The translations under genes and the position numbers were made by a program. Below are positions 1-10,300 of a DNA stretch of 46,160 bases, one piece after another. The stretch spans positions 1-46,160 of the forward strand of contig PHAD01000002.1 in NCBI GenBank assembly GCA_002841595.1, read 5' to 3'. The notes below the pieces were generated by a model. It was not told where the DNA came from, did not search any database, and saw only the letters and a list, made by a program, of their open reading frames with translations. This DNA is from Firmicutes bacterium HGW-Firmicutes-12. Lineage in GTDB: Bacteria > Bacillota > Peptococcia > DRI-13 > PHAD01. Positions within the stretch are counted from its first letter, which is position 1; each line of letters opens with the position of its first letter.

Positions 1-685
1 GATGTAGCCCTTTACCTATTATATCCTTAACCAGATCCCGCTTTCCTGTTTTTTTACATTCTTGTAATATATCGAGCAGCAAATCCTTTTTCATAAGATA
101 CATGTCCATTGATACCTTATACCTTTTTTTCATTCGCGGTTTATTATAGATAGCTGTAATCCTCATGTCTTTTCCTATCTCAAAAAAGCAGTTCTCTTCA
201 ATATCATCACCATATAAAACATAATCCTCTTTATATATAACCGTTATATCACTTTGTTTTTCCCTATGAAACTGCATAACCATACCGTAATCAATATTAC
301 AAATCATATTGCTACCTGCTATGACAACATATTGTTGCTTGCTTTTTAGTAAATAGTTTAAGTTATTAGATAAATCCTCTAAATCAACTTTGCATGTATT
401 TATATCACGATTATCATGGGCAGTGGGTAAAATGAAAAGTCCTTCATGTCTTTTATCCAAACCCCATTCCTTCCCACTTCCCAAATGGTCCATTAAAGAA
501 TGCATATTTAAAGAGGTTGTTACCCCTATGTTACGTATACCCGCATTAACCATATTCGATAAGACGAAGTCCACCAGACGATATTTACCGCCAAAGGGGA
601 CCGAAGCTATACAACGGTGTTTGCTTATCTCGCCTAAGGCATCTTCATTTTTCAAGTGATGAATTATCCCCATAACATCTTTCAT
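1..685 (-). CDS. glgD: Glucose-1-phosphate adenylyltransferase subunit GlgD (3' end truncated by window edge; absent from ORF track)
   Basis: Manual translation from ATG at 685 (AGGAG RBS upstream): MKDVMGIIHHLKNEDALGEISKHRCIASVPFGGKYRLVDFVLSNMVNAGIRNIGV..., a GlgD-type N-terminus lacking the GlgC LAGG motif; follows glgC. Confidence 0.92.
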   Translation of the reverse strand, partial: MKDVMGIIHHLKNEDALGEISKHRCIASVPFGGKYRLVDFVLSNMVNAGIRNIGVTTSLNMHSLMDHLGSGKEWGLDKRHEGLFILPTAHDNRDINTCKVDLEDLSNNLNYLLKSKQQYVVIAGSNMICNIDYGMVMQFHREKQSDITVIYKEDYVLYGDDIEENCFFEIGKDMRITAIYNKPRMKKRYKVSMDMYLMKKDLLLDILQECKKTGKRDLVKDIIGKGLH

Positions 686-725
686 GATATCTACTCCTGT
701 TAATTTATCTTCGGTTTCCACAAGA

Positions 726-752
726 CGCCCTCTTCAACTTAGTAAGAGGGCG
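726..752. other. Intergenic stem-loop between glgC and glgD
   Basis: CGCCCTCTT(726-734)-9 nt loop-AAGAGGGCG(744-752), perfect 9-bp stem, no clear U-tract. Confidence 0.55.
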
Positions 753-781
753 ATGTGTCAATCCTCGAAATTAGTCTCGCT

Positions 782-2029
782 TTATACTCCTGCAACCTCA
801 CTAAGCTTGCTTTCGTTTCTATTCATTCTAAGGACCACTCCAATTCTTGTATTTGGAGCTAAGTTCAGATTCTCTTCAACTACCGTGATCTTTGGATACT
901 GCTCTACACCAAATTCATCACCAATAAAGTCTCCACCTATAATCGTGCATTCTCCGACCACTGTATTTTCTCCAATGATGCTCTTCTCAATCCTAGCATT
1001 ATTATCAACTTTAACATTTGACATAATAACGGAATCTTTGATTTTAGCCCCTTTTGCTATTAATACTCCTGGGAATATTATTGAATTCTCTACCTCACCA
1101 AAAATTAAGCATCCTTCAGACACCATAGCATTGTTAATCCTAGCACAACCAGCCAAATAATGCGGTGGGTGAGGTGGTATTAAAGAATAAATAGCCCATT
1201 TCTGATCAAAAATATCTAGCGGTGTGCTATCATGCAAAATATCCATGCTAGCCATCCAGTAACTCTCAATTGTCCCGACATCCTTCCAATAACCCGAAAA
1301 AGAATAGGCATACATTCTTCGCCCTTCTTTTAGCATTCTTGGTATAACATTTTTACCGAAATCATTGTCGGAGCTGCTATCAAGCGCATCTCTTTCCAAA
1401 TAGCGCTTTAATATATCAGTATTAAAAACATACACACCCATTGAAGCTAAATTACTTCGAGGGTCACGGGGTTTTTCCTCAAATTCTATTATTTCGCCCT
1501 TATCATTAACGCTCATAATCCCAAAACGGTTGGCTTCATCCCAAGGCACTTTAATAACGGCAATTGTTATATCTGCATTTTTTTCTTGATGGTACTCCAC
1601 TAACAACGAGTAATCCATCTTATAAATATGATCCCCAGACAGTATCAGTACATGTTCTGGATTATGTTTGTTTATAAACTCCATATTCTGATATACAGCA
1701 TGTGCAGTTCCTTTATACCAGCTTCCACCGTTTTCTCCAACATAGGGAGATAAAATTGTAGTTCCACCATTATGACAGTAAAGGTCCCAGGTACTTCCAA
1801 GTCCAATATAGGAGTTTAGTAACTGGGGTTTATATTGAGTCAAAACTCCAACCGTATCTATACCTGAATTAGCACAATTACTCAAACTAAAATCAATAAT
1901 TCTATACTGTCCTCCAAAGGGAACCGCAGGTTTAGCCAGGTTTTTTGTTAACATCCTTAATCTACTACCCTGTCCTCCTGCTAAAAGCATAGCTATACAT
2001 CTCTTCTTATGCTTTAATTTATATGGCAT
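782..2029 (-). CDS. glgC: Glucose-1-phosphate adenylyltransferase (ADP-glucose pyrophosphorylase)
   Basis: [46 protein letters not shown] motifs and C-terminal hexapeptide region. Confidence 0.97.
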   Translation of the reverse strand: MPYKLKHKKRCIAMLLAGGQGSRLRMLTKNLAKPAVPFGGQYRIIDFSLSNCANSGIDTVGVLTQYKPQLLNSYIGLGSTWDLYCHNGGTTILSPYVGENGGSWYKGTAHAVYQNMEFINKHNPEHVLILSGDHIYKMDYSLLVEYHQEKNADITIAVIKVPWDEANRFGIMSVNDKGEIIEFEEKPRDPRSNLASMGVYVFNTDILKRYLERDALDSSSDNDFGKNVIPRMLKEGRRMYAYSFSGYWKDVGTIESYWMASMDILHDSTPLDIFDQKWAIYSLIPPHPPHYLAGCARINNAMVSEGCLIFGEVENSIIFPGVLIAKGAKIKDSVIMSNVKVDNNARIEKSIIGENTVVGECTIIGGDFIGDEFGVEQYPKITVVEENLNLAPNTRIGVVLRMNRNESKLSEVAGV

Positions 2030-2043
2030 TACTTCATTCCCCT

Positions 2044-4509
2044 TTAATCTTGTAATTTAAGCTGTCTTGGTAATAAAACCTGTTTGTCTTCTTCCTTTAT
2101 AGGTTTTATTCCCCATATTTCCTCTGCATACTCCCGAATTGTCCGATCACTTGAGAAGGAACCCGAGTAGGCTATGTTATTTATACACATTCTTATCCAT
2201 TCCTTCCTATCCCTGAATTTCTGTTGCAGATTGTTTTGAGCATTCACATAGGTCGCAAAGTCACGCAAGACAAAAAAATCATCATTATGATGGAGAAGAT
2301 GATCATAGATTGACGGATAATTCATTTGGTCAAATACTCCATTGACTAGCTGATTGCAGATTTTATGCACTCTCTCATCAGTATTATAGATATCCCAAGC
2401 TTTGTAATCTCCATTAGTATAATAGTCCAATACCTCATCAGCACTCAGACCAAAGGCAATAAAATTATCTGCACCAACCTTTTCCCTTATTTCCACATTA
2501 GCCCCGTCAAGCGTACCAATAGTTACTGCCCCATTCATCATAAATTTCATATTCCCAGTACCCGAGGCTTCTTTACTAGCTGTTGATATCTGTTCACTTA
2601 CGTCTGCCGCCGGAAAAGCCAGCTCAGCAAGTGAAACGTTGTAGTTTTCTAAGAATACGACTTTAATCTTTTCTCGAATAACCCGGTCATGATTTATGGT
2701 CTGGGCCAAAGAATTGATTAATTTGATAACGCGTTTGGCGAGAAAATATGCGGGTGCTGCTTTCCCACCAAAAATAAAAGTACGCGGTACAATCTCTAAT
2801 TCCGGGTTTTCATACAAACGATTATATAGATCAATGATATGAAAGACATTCAGTAGTTGTCGCTTGTACATATGAATTCTTTTAATATGGATATCAAAAA
2901 TAGAATCTGGATTCAGTTTGATACCCTGTTTATCAAAAATATAATGCGCGAGGCTTAGTTTATTTTCCTGTTTTATCTTTGCAATCTTCTCCTGTAATAT
3001 TCCGTCTTCGGCCATAGTCGCGAGCTTTTCCATTTTCATAGGTTTGTTAATCCAATCATCCCCTAGTACCTCTGTTAATAGCCTACTTAAGGAAGGGTTG
3101 GAAATTGGGAGCCATCTTCTCTGAGAAATCCCATTAGTTTTATTGTTAAATTTTGTGGGATAAAAATTATGAAAGTTATTCATTACTCGTTTCTTTAATA
3201 TCTCCGTGTGGAGACGAGCTACTCCATTGACGCTATGACTACCTATAATGGCCAAATTTGCCATTTTTATATTTCCGTCACTTATAATGGCCATATCTCT
3301 TACTTTTTCCCTTAATTCCGGATAATTATTTATTAAATCACCACAAAATCTGGTGTTGATTTCTTCTACAAGCATATATATTCTGGGCAACAATCGACGG
3401 AAAAGCTCTACCCCCCATCTTTCAAGGGCTTCGGGCAGCAGGGTATGATTAGTATAAGAGATAGACCCAGTTGTTATTGACCAAGCCTCGGCCCAGTTCA
3501 TACCTTCTTCATCAATAAGTATTCGCATTAACTCTGCTACGGCTAAAGCAGGGTGGGTATCATTAATATGGATAGCATTATTCTTATGAAAATCTTTCAT
3601 AGAGCTGCCTTCTTTTTTATATTGATGTATAATACTTTGCAGTCCGGCAGACACAAAGAAATACTGTTGTTTTAATCTTAGTTCTTTGCCCTCATAACTA
3701 CTATCATCAGGATAAAGGACCTGAGAAATAGCTTCTGCACGTATTTTCTCGTGAAAAGCCCAGCCATATTCCCCATGAGAAAAAGTATGAAACTCAAAAT
3801 CAGTTCTATCCGTTTCTGCACTCCACAACCTTAAGTTATTTACCGTATTATTTCGGTAACCAATTATTGGTATATCATAAGGTATTGCCTTAACTACTTC
3901 ATAGTTTTCATGGGTAAACAGTGACTTATCATCCTGAAATGCTACCGTAACTGATCCACCAAATCGCACTTTTTCTGCTTTTTCTGGTTTTCTGTACTCC
4001 CAAACACAGGGCTCATGCAACCAATTATCGGGTAACTCCGTCTGTTCACCGTCTACTATCAGTTGTTCAAAAAGACCGTAGCGATAGCGTATTCCACAGC
4101 CAAACCCTGGCATTCCCAAAGAAGCCAAAGAATCAAGAAAAGCTGAAGCTAATCTACCTAAACCCCCATTTCCAAGTCCAGGATCTTCCTCCTGTTCTTT
4201 TACTTCCTCCAATTTAATAGCGAGATCATCTAAGCCTTCGGATACTATTTCTTCTATTCCCAAATAATGCAGATAGTTTAATAAAAACCTGCCTGGTAAA
4301 AATTCTATCGAGAAGTAGTACACTCTCTTTTCATTTTGTTGGCTATAGATATTTTTAGAAGTATTCCATTTTCTGCTAATTTCATCCCTAACCAAACTAG
4401 CTAGAGTCCGATAGTATTGATATCGGTTACCTTCCGTAAAATCTTCTCCATGTAATTCAAGAAATCGCTCTTGAAATGCCTTCTTAAAGCCTTCCTTTTC
4501 CATAAACAT
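2044..4509 (-). CDS. glgP: Glycogen/starch phosphorylase
   Basis: [37 protein letters not shown] (PLP lysine motif), 821 aa. Confidence 0.97.
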   Translation of the reverse strand: MFMEKEGFKKAFQERFLELHGEDFTEGNRYQYYRTLASLVRDEISRKWNTSKNIYSQQNEKRVYYFSIEFLPGRFLLNYLHYLGIEEIVSEGLDDLAIKLEEVKEQEEDPGLGNGGLGRLASAFLDSLASLGMPGFGCGIRYRYGLFEQLIVDGEQTELPDNWLHEPCVWEYRKPEKAEKVRFGGSVTVAFQDDKSLFTHENYEVVKAIPYDIPIIGYRNNTVNNLRLWSAETDRTDFEFHTFSHGEYGWAFHEKIRAEAISQVLYPDDSSYEGKELRLKQQYFFVSAGLQSIIHQYKKEGSSMKDFHKNNAIHINDTHPALAVAELMRILIDEEGMNWAEAWSITTGSISYTNHTLLPEALERWGVELFRRLLPRIYMLVEEINTRFCGDLINNYPELREKVRDMAIISDGNIKMANLAIIGSHSVNGVARLHTEILKKRVMNNFHNFYPTKFNNKTNGISQRRWLPISNPSLSRLLTEVLGDDWINKPMKMEKLATMAEDGILQEKIAKIKQENKLSLAHYIFDKQGIKLNPDSIFDIHIKRIHMYKRQLLNVFHIIDLYNRLYENPELEIVPRTFIFGGKAAPAYFLAKRVIKLINSLAQTINHDRVIREKIKVVFLENYNVSLAELAFPAADVSEQISTASKEASGTGNMKFMMNGAVTIGTLDGANVEIREKVGADNFIAFGLSADEVLDYYTNGDYKAWDIYNTDERVHKICNQLVNGVFDQMNYPSIYDHLLHHNDDFFVLRDFATYVNAQNNLQQKFRDRKEWIRMCINNIAYSGSFSSDRTIREYAEEIWGIKPIKEEDKQVLLPRQLKLQD

Positions 4510-4580
4510 GCCTTCAACCCCCGCTTTAGGATGTGGGTATTTATTTTATTTTTACCCAGAAATATCTGTTTTTATTTTAA

Positions 4581-6446
4581 TTACGACAATTTAAAAAGCA
4601 CAAATGCTAGTGGAGGTACTTTAATTTCCAGTGAATATGGTTGATTATGCCATGGTATATTTTCCGCAGCCAGCAACACGCTGTTTTTCTTGTCTGACCC
4701 TCCATAAACTCCTAGGTCACTGTTAAATATTTCTTGATAAGTACCGTCCAATGGTACACCTATCCTGAAGCCTTCATAATACTGCGGTGTGAAATTACAA
4801 AGTACTAATAGCTGTTCAGCTTTATTTCTACTCTTTCTTAGAAATACAATAATGCTCTGTGAATTATTGTGGCAATCTATCCATTCAAAACCTTCCCAAC
4901 TATGATCTTGCTGCCATAATGCCTTCTCGGCACTATACATTCTGTTCAAGTTCTTAACGTAATCCTGAAACCTACGATGCATCTCAAAACTCAAGAGGTC
5001 CCATTCCAAGGCTTCATAATACCGCCATTCAATGAATTGTGCCAACTCGCCACCCATAAATAACAACTTCTTACCGGGATGAGTCATCATATACCCAAGA
5101 AAGACTCGTAAATTAGCAAATTTTTGCCAATAATCCCCAGGCATTTTTTCTATTAGCGATCTTTTCCCATGAACAACTTCATCATGAGACATCGGCAGTA
5201 TGAAATTTTCCGAGAAAGCGTAGAGGAATGAGAAAGTTAATAAATTATGATGCCAGGAACGATAGATTGTTTCTTTTTCCATGTATTTCAGCACATCGTT
5301 CATCCAGCCCATATTCCACTTATAATTGAAACCCAACCCTCCTGCATAGGTTGGTCCTGTTACTAAAGCCCACTCGGTAGACTCCTCTGCTATCATCATC
5401 GCCTTCGGAAAATTTAAGAATACTGCTTCATTCAATTTCTTTAATAAGGTTATGGCCTCTAGATTACCATTCCCTCCATACTTGTTAGATATCCATCCAC
5501 CCTCTTTGCCATAATTAAGGTACAACATACTGGCAACAGCATCTACCCTTAATCCATCCACATGAAATATATCAAACCAAAAAAAAGCATTGGAAATAAG
5601 AAAACTCATAACTTCAGGTCTACCATAATCAAAACGCATGGTTCCCCAGCCTTGTAATTCTTCAGCCTCATAAAGACGGGTACCATCAAAATCAATGAGG
5701 CCATGACCATCCTTACAGAAATGGGCCGGTACCCAATCCAGTATCACCCCTATACCACGCTGGTGACAGCAATCCACAAAATACATGAAATCATGGGGCG
5801 TCCCATAACGACTTGTTACTGCATAATAACCGGTTATCTGATATCCCCAAGACCCGTCATAGGGATGCTCCATAATGGGCAATAATTGGATGTGGGTATA
5901 CCCCATTTCCACTACATACTCTACTAAATCATGAGCCAATTCTCTGTAAGTATAAAAGGTTCCATCATCCTTTAGTTTCCATGAGCCGAGGTGAACTTCA
6001 TAGATATTAACAGGCTTATCGTATACCGTCTTATCGTTATTGACCCACTCTTGGTCACCCCAAATGTATTCATGTAGGTCATATGTTACTGAAGCTGATT
6101 TTGGTCGGCATTCTGCATAAAAAGCATAGGGATCAGCTTTCAGCAAAACCGTTCCATAATCCGTCTTTATTTCATATTTGTACAACTCTCCTTGCTGGAG
6201 GTTAGGAATGAAAAGAGACCAGATACCTGATTCCTTTATCCTTTGTAATGAATGTAATTTACCGTTCCAGTTATTGAAGCTTCCGACGACACTTATTTCT
6301 TTCGCATTAGGGGCCCAGACGGAAAACCGAACTCCTTTTTTTCCATCCTCTTCCCTAAATTGAGCTCCTAACATTTCATAACTCTTAAAGAGATTGCCTT
6401 GATGGAAAAGATATATATCATGGGGTGTTGGAAAACCTAACGTCAT
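4581..6446 (-). CDS. glgB: 1,4-alpha-glucan branching enzyme
   Basis: FSVWAPNA, IYEVHLGSW, SWGYQ, GLRVDAVASM, AEES, SHDEVVHGK; start moved to ATG 6446, which has a GAAAGGCAGGA RBS-like site upstream (ORF track starts at 6518). Confidence 0.96.
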   Translation of the reverse strand: MTLGFPTPHDIYLFHQGNLFKSYEMLGAQFREEDGKKGVRFSVWAPNAKEISVVGSFNNWNGKLHSLQRIKESGIWSLFIPNLQQGELYKYEIKTDYGTVLLKADPYAFYAECRPKSASVTYDLHEYIWGDQEWVNNDKTVYDKPVNIYEVHLGSWKLKDDGTFYTYRELAHDLVEYVVEMGYTHIQLLPIMEHPYDGSWGYQITGYYAVTSRYGTPHDFMYFVDCCHQRGIGVILDWVPAHFCKDGHGLIDFDGTRLYEAEELQGWGTMRFDYGRPEVMSFLISNAFFWFDIFHVDGLRVDAVASMLYLNYGKEGGWISNKYGGNGNLEAITLLKKLNEAVFLNFPKAMMIAEESTEWALVTGPTYAGGLGFNYKWNMGWMNDVLKYMEKETIYRSWHHNLLTFSFLYAFSENFILPMSHDEVVHGKRSLIEKMPGDYWQKFANLRVFLGYMMTHPGKKLLFMGGELAQFIEWRYYEALEWDLLSFEMHRRFQDYVKNLNRMYSAEKALWQQDHSWEGFEWIDCHNNSQSIIVFLRKSRNKAEQLLVLCNFTPQYYEGFRIGVPLDGTYQEIFNSDLGVYGGSDKKNSVLLAAENIPWHNQPYSLEIKVPPLAFVLFKLS

Positions 6447-6579
6447 TAATACAATCCTGCCTTTCAAATATATTCCTTTAAATAATCCTTTATATTTACC
6501 ATCAATATATCTTGCCACTATTCACAGCCAATTAAACAAATTAGGGTAGCTTTTTATTTATGAAAGAATTTTCCTTTTA

Positions 6580-6612
6580 AAAAAAAGAAAACCCAGGTAA
6601 ATAACCTGGGTT
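6580..6612 (-). terminator. Rho-independent terminator after the NYN gene
   Basis: AACCCAGGT(6590-6598)/ACCTGGGTT(6604-6612) stem followed on the minus strand by a long T-run. Confidence 0.8.
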
Positions 6613-6647
6613 GACATACTATTCTTATTGTTTAAGCTTTCTATTAT

Positions 6648-7196
6648 TCACTTTACAACCTCCATAGCAAAATCATTGATCCAGTGTACCTTATCACTAT
6701 ACGACTGAAGGTTTGGAGAAACACCATATCTAAACACACATAATTCTATTCTTTTATTCAAGTATTCCTTTACGTGGACTATGGCATCTTCTAAGTCACC
6801 ATCTCCCGATGATAAAATAAGGTTATCATAGTTTTGTTGATGGGCGAGCTTAACTATAAGCGTAGCTATGCCTACATCCACACCCTTTTGAATCTGTTCA
6901 GATAACATGGACGAGCAATGCGGGCAGCGATATTCATCTTCTTTTAGCTCATATAGCTTTACGATAAATTGAGGTCCATCAGGGCGGGCAGTTTTTAACC
7001 ATGTATTAAAGGCATTTTGGGCATCGGAAGGAGGATTTTGTGTTGAATTTAAATAGTAAGTCCGATTAATACAACCCAACTTTTCTAACTTGTTGCGTAA
7101 TTTTAAATAATCGAAATTAAAAGCGGGACTAACTGAGCGCTGTGCATTAAATAAATATGCAGCATCTATCAGCCAGATGGTTTTGCCCTGTCGCAT
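6648..7196 (-). CDS. NYN/LabA-DUF88 (PIN-like) domain protein
   Basis: IDAAYL, QKGVDVGIA and SSGDGDL acidic motifs typical of NYN domains; CPHC insert; AAGGAG RBS. Confidence 0.85.
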   Translation of the reverse strand: MRQGKTIWLIDAAYLFNAQRSVSPAFNFDYLKLRNKLEKLGCINRTYYLNSTQNPPSDAQNAFNTWLKTARPDGPQFIVKLYELKEDEYRCPHCSSMLSEQIQKGVDVGIATLIVKLAHQQNYDNLILSSGDGDLEDAIVHVKEYLNKRIELCVFRYGVSPNLQSYSDKVHWINDFAMEVVK

Positions 7197-7392
7197 TGCA
7201 ACAACTCCTTTTTTAGGTACACATAACTTATATTAATAATATATTTTTCATTCTACATCTTATTATTCTACCTTTCAATCTCAATATTTTAGCCATTTTT
7301 AATAAACTTTTTAAAAATGATAAAAAAATAGTGGAAAATAATCTATAATAAACTAAATAGTAGTAATTTATCAAGTTAAGGAGGAAACCTTC

Positions 7393-10300
7393 TTGCCTAA
7401 AATGTATCCCCTAACTCACCCTCAAATGCGTATCTGGTATGTTGAAAAGACTTTTCCTGGTACCAGTGTCGCTAATATTGCTGCCACCGTCAGAATAAAA
7501 GAACGTATTGACTATATTGCCTTAGAAAAAGCCCTTAATCATTTCATCAAAATTAACGATTCTATGCGCACTCGCATAATCGAGCAAGGTACTACCCCCA
7601 AGCAGTTTTTTTCTCCATATGAAGAATCCAGTATGGAATTATATGATTTTAGCGGACAACCTGTCGAAGCCCTTTATGAATGGGATACTAAACTCTCCCG
7701 TATTTCTATGCCTTTTATTGACTCACCACTATTCTATTTTGTACTATTTAAATTAAATGATTTTGACGGAGGTTTCTTCTGCAAACTACATCACTTAATT
7801 ACAGATGCCTGGTCAGAGATGTTAATAGTTTCCCAGGTTATGAATGCGTACAGGTCATTTTGCGAGGACCGCGAACCTGAACAAACCTCAAATTATTCTT
7901 ATATCGATTATATTGCGAGAGAACAAAACTACCTACTTTCTGACAGATATCAGAAAGATCAAATATATTGGATAGAACAGTTTACTCCCGTCCCCGAATT
8001 GGTAACATTGCAAACCAAAAAACCTGCCAAAAGAAGTCTTGCAGCAAAACGCAAAACCTTTATTCTTTCAAATGAAGAAGCTGAGCAAATTCGTTTATTT
8101 TGTAAAATAAATGAGGTCACAGTTTTTTCTTTCCTTTTAACCATGCTCACTATATATATTAATCGCTTAACTGGTTCTAATGATGTTGTTCTCGGTACTC
8201 CCGTATTAAACCGTCTCAATTCAAAAGAGAAACAAATGATGGGTATGTTTATTAGCACCGTCCCACTCAGATTTCGTATAGACGAAAATGCTCCATACTT
8301 GGAATATGTATCAAGCATTAATAAGGCGTGGCTTTCCATCCTGCGACACCAACAGTTTCCCTACGATGTACTGCAACGCACTCTAAGAAAGAGTAATACC
8401 GATCTAGAGAACCTCTTTGAAATTACTCTTTCCTATCAAAATGCCAAGGTAACACGAGAAAGCATGCTTTGGGATGCCTCTACGCGCTGGCATTTTTCAG
8501 GATACCAAAATGAACCCTTGGTCATCCATATTAACGATCATGATGATAATGGTGTTCTAATCTTAAATTACGACTATAATACAAGCTGTTTTGCTGATCG
8601 AGAAATTCAATTTATTCATAGCCATTTTAAAAGCTTGCTTGAAGATGCACTCCATAATCCTACTAAACCCATTAAGTCTCTTAGCCTGATTGGCCAGGAT
8701 GAACTCCAGAGAATACAAGCCTTTAATTCAATTAGTTCTGACTATGATAAGAACAAGACATTTGTAGAACTCTTCGAAAGACAGGTTAATTTAACTCCAC
8801 AGGCTCATGCCTTGGTTTTCCACGATATCCCACTCACCTTTGCTGATCTCGAGCTCCAGGCAAATCGCCTCGCATATCACTTACGCAGCTCTGGTGTCAA
8901 GCCTGATAATATAGTAGCTGTAATGCTACCTCGCGGTCATGAACTAATTATTTCCTTGTTAGGTGTCTTAAAATCCGGTGGTGCCTTCTTACCTATAGAC
9001 CCTTCCTATCCTAGTGACCGCATTAAATATATGCTATCTGATAGTACAGCAAAATTTGTTATTACAACTCCCGAGCTTGCGAATAACTTTGCAATAAACC
9101 CTGGGTTGGTTATTCCACCTAACGATAAGCGTATAAATGAGGCCCCCTCATCACGACTGCCCTTAGTCAATAAGCCGGAAGATCTTATTTATATAATATA
9201 CACCTCCGGTTCCACCGGACTTCCTAAGGGTGTCATGGTGAAACATTCAGGGCTTAGTGCATATATACATGCTCTTAATAAGATTATGTATTTTCAAGCT
9301 GGTGAAGCCGTTTTATCCATCTGCACTATTGCCTTTGATATATTTATTTTTGAGGTTTTTCCCTCATTAGTATATGGTATGAAGATAATCCTAGCTGATG
9401 AAAACGAACAAAAAATTCCTTCTTTACAAAAGGAACTAATAACAAACCATAAAATAGTAAAATTCTTGGGGACACCAGTCCGTATGAAGCTACTGTTAGA
9501 TGACCCCGGTAGCCGCGAGAGTCTGGCAAATCTTAAAGAAGTTATGCTTGGTGGTGATATTTTTCCTGTATCATTGCTAAAGCAGATGCAAGAGACCTTA
9601 TCTGCTGAAATATTTAATGGCTACGGTCCAACAGAGACTACCATTGGTGTAACTTTTAAGAATTTAACTCACTCAAATGATATCAATATTGGCCGCCCTA
9701 TCGCTAACACCAAAATTTATATTTTAGATAAACACATGAATCTGGTCCCTATAGGTATACCTGGAGAAATATACATCGGTGGAGATGGCTTAGCCCGTGG
9801 ATATCTGAATAATCCGGAATTAACCTCAGAAAAGTTCATTCCTAACACATTTACTCCAGGCGAATATTTATATCGTACTGGCGACCTCGGTCGTTGGTAT
9901 CCAAAAGGAGAAATTGCCTTTCTAGGACGTATCGACTCACAAGTGAAAATCCACGGACATAGAATTGAGCTAGGAGAGATCGAAAATGCTATCCGTAAAC
10001 ACCCTAATATATCAGACGTCGTTGTACTAGATATCGAAGACCGAGGCAGAAAGGCTCTTTGCGCATACATTGTGCCTTCTAAGGATCAAACACCTGATTT
10101 TCATGTTTTACGAAAAGAATTATATAAAAGATTGCCTAATTTTATGGTTCCCTCTTTTTACATGTTAATAAATACTATTCCCCTGAATTCAAGTGGTAAA
10201 ACAGATAGACGAGCTCTTCCAGCCCCTGACAGTGCAAAATCTCTACATAATAAATTCGAGCCACTAACAGACTCAACAGAGATTAAACTTTCAAATATTT

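Noticed and set aside
390-1160. Plus-strand ORFs 390-659 and 684-1160, and the many other short antisense ORFs in the track (e.g. 7959-8339, 9717-10070, 16685-17185, 28449-28793, 31265-31615)
   Set aside because: They are shadows of well-supported genes on the opposite strand, with no RBS and no recognisable motifs
7250-7271. ATTCTAC direct repeat in the NYN/NRPS intergenic region as a regulator site
   Set aside because: Only 7 bp in very AT-rich DNA with 15-bp spacing; the operon encodes no DNA-binding regulator; not distinguishable from chance
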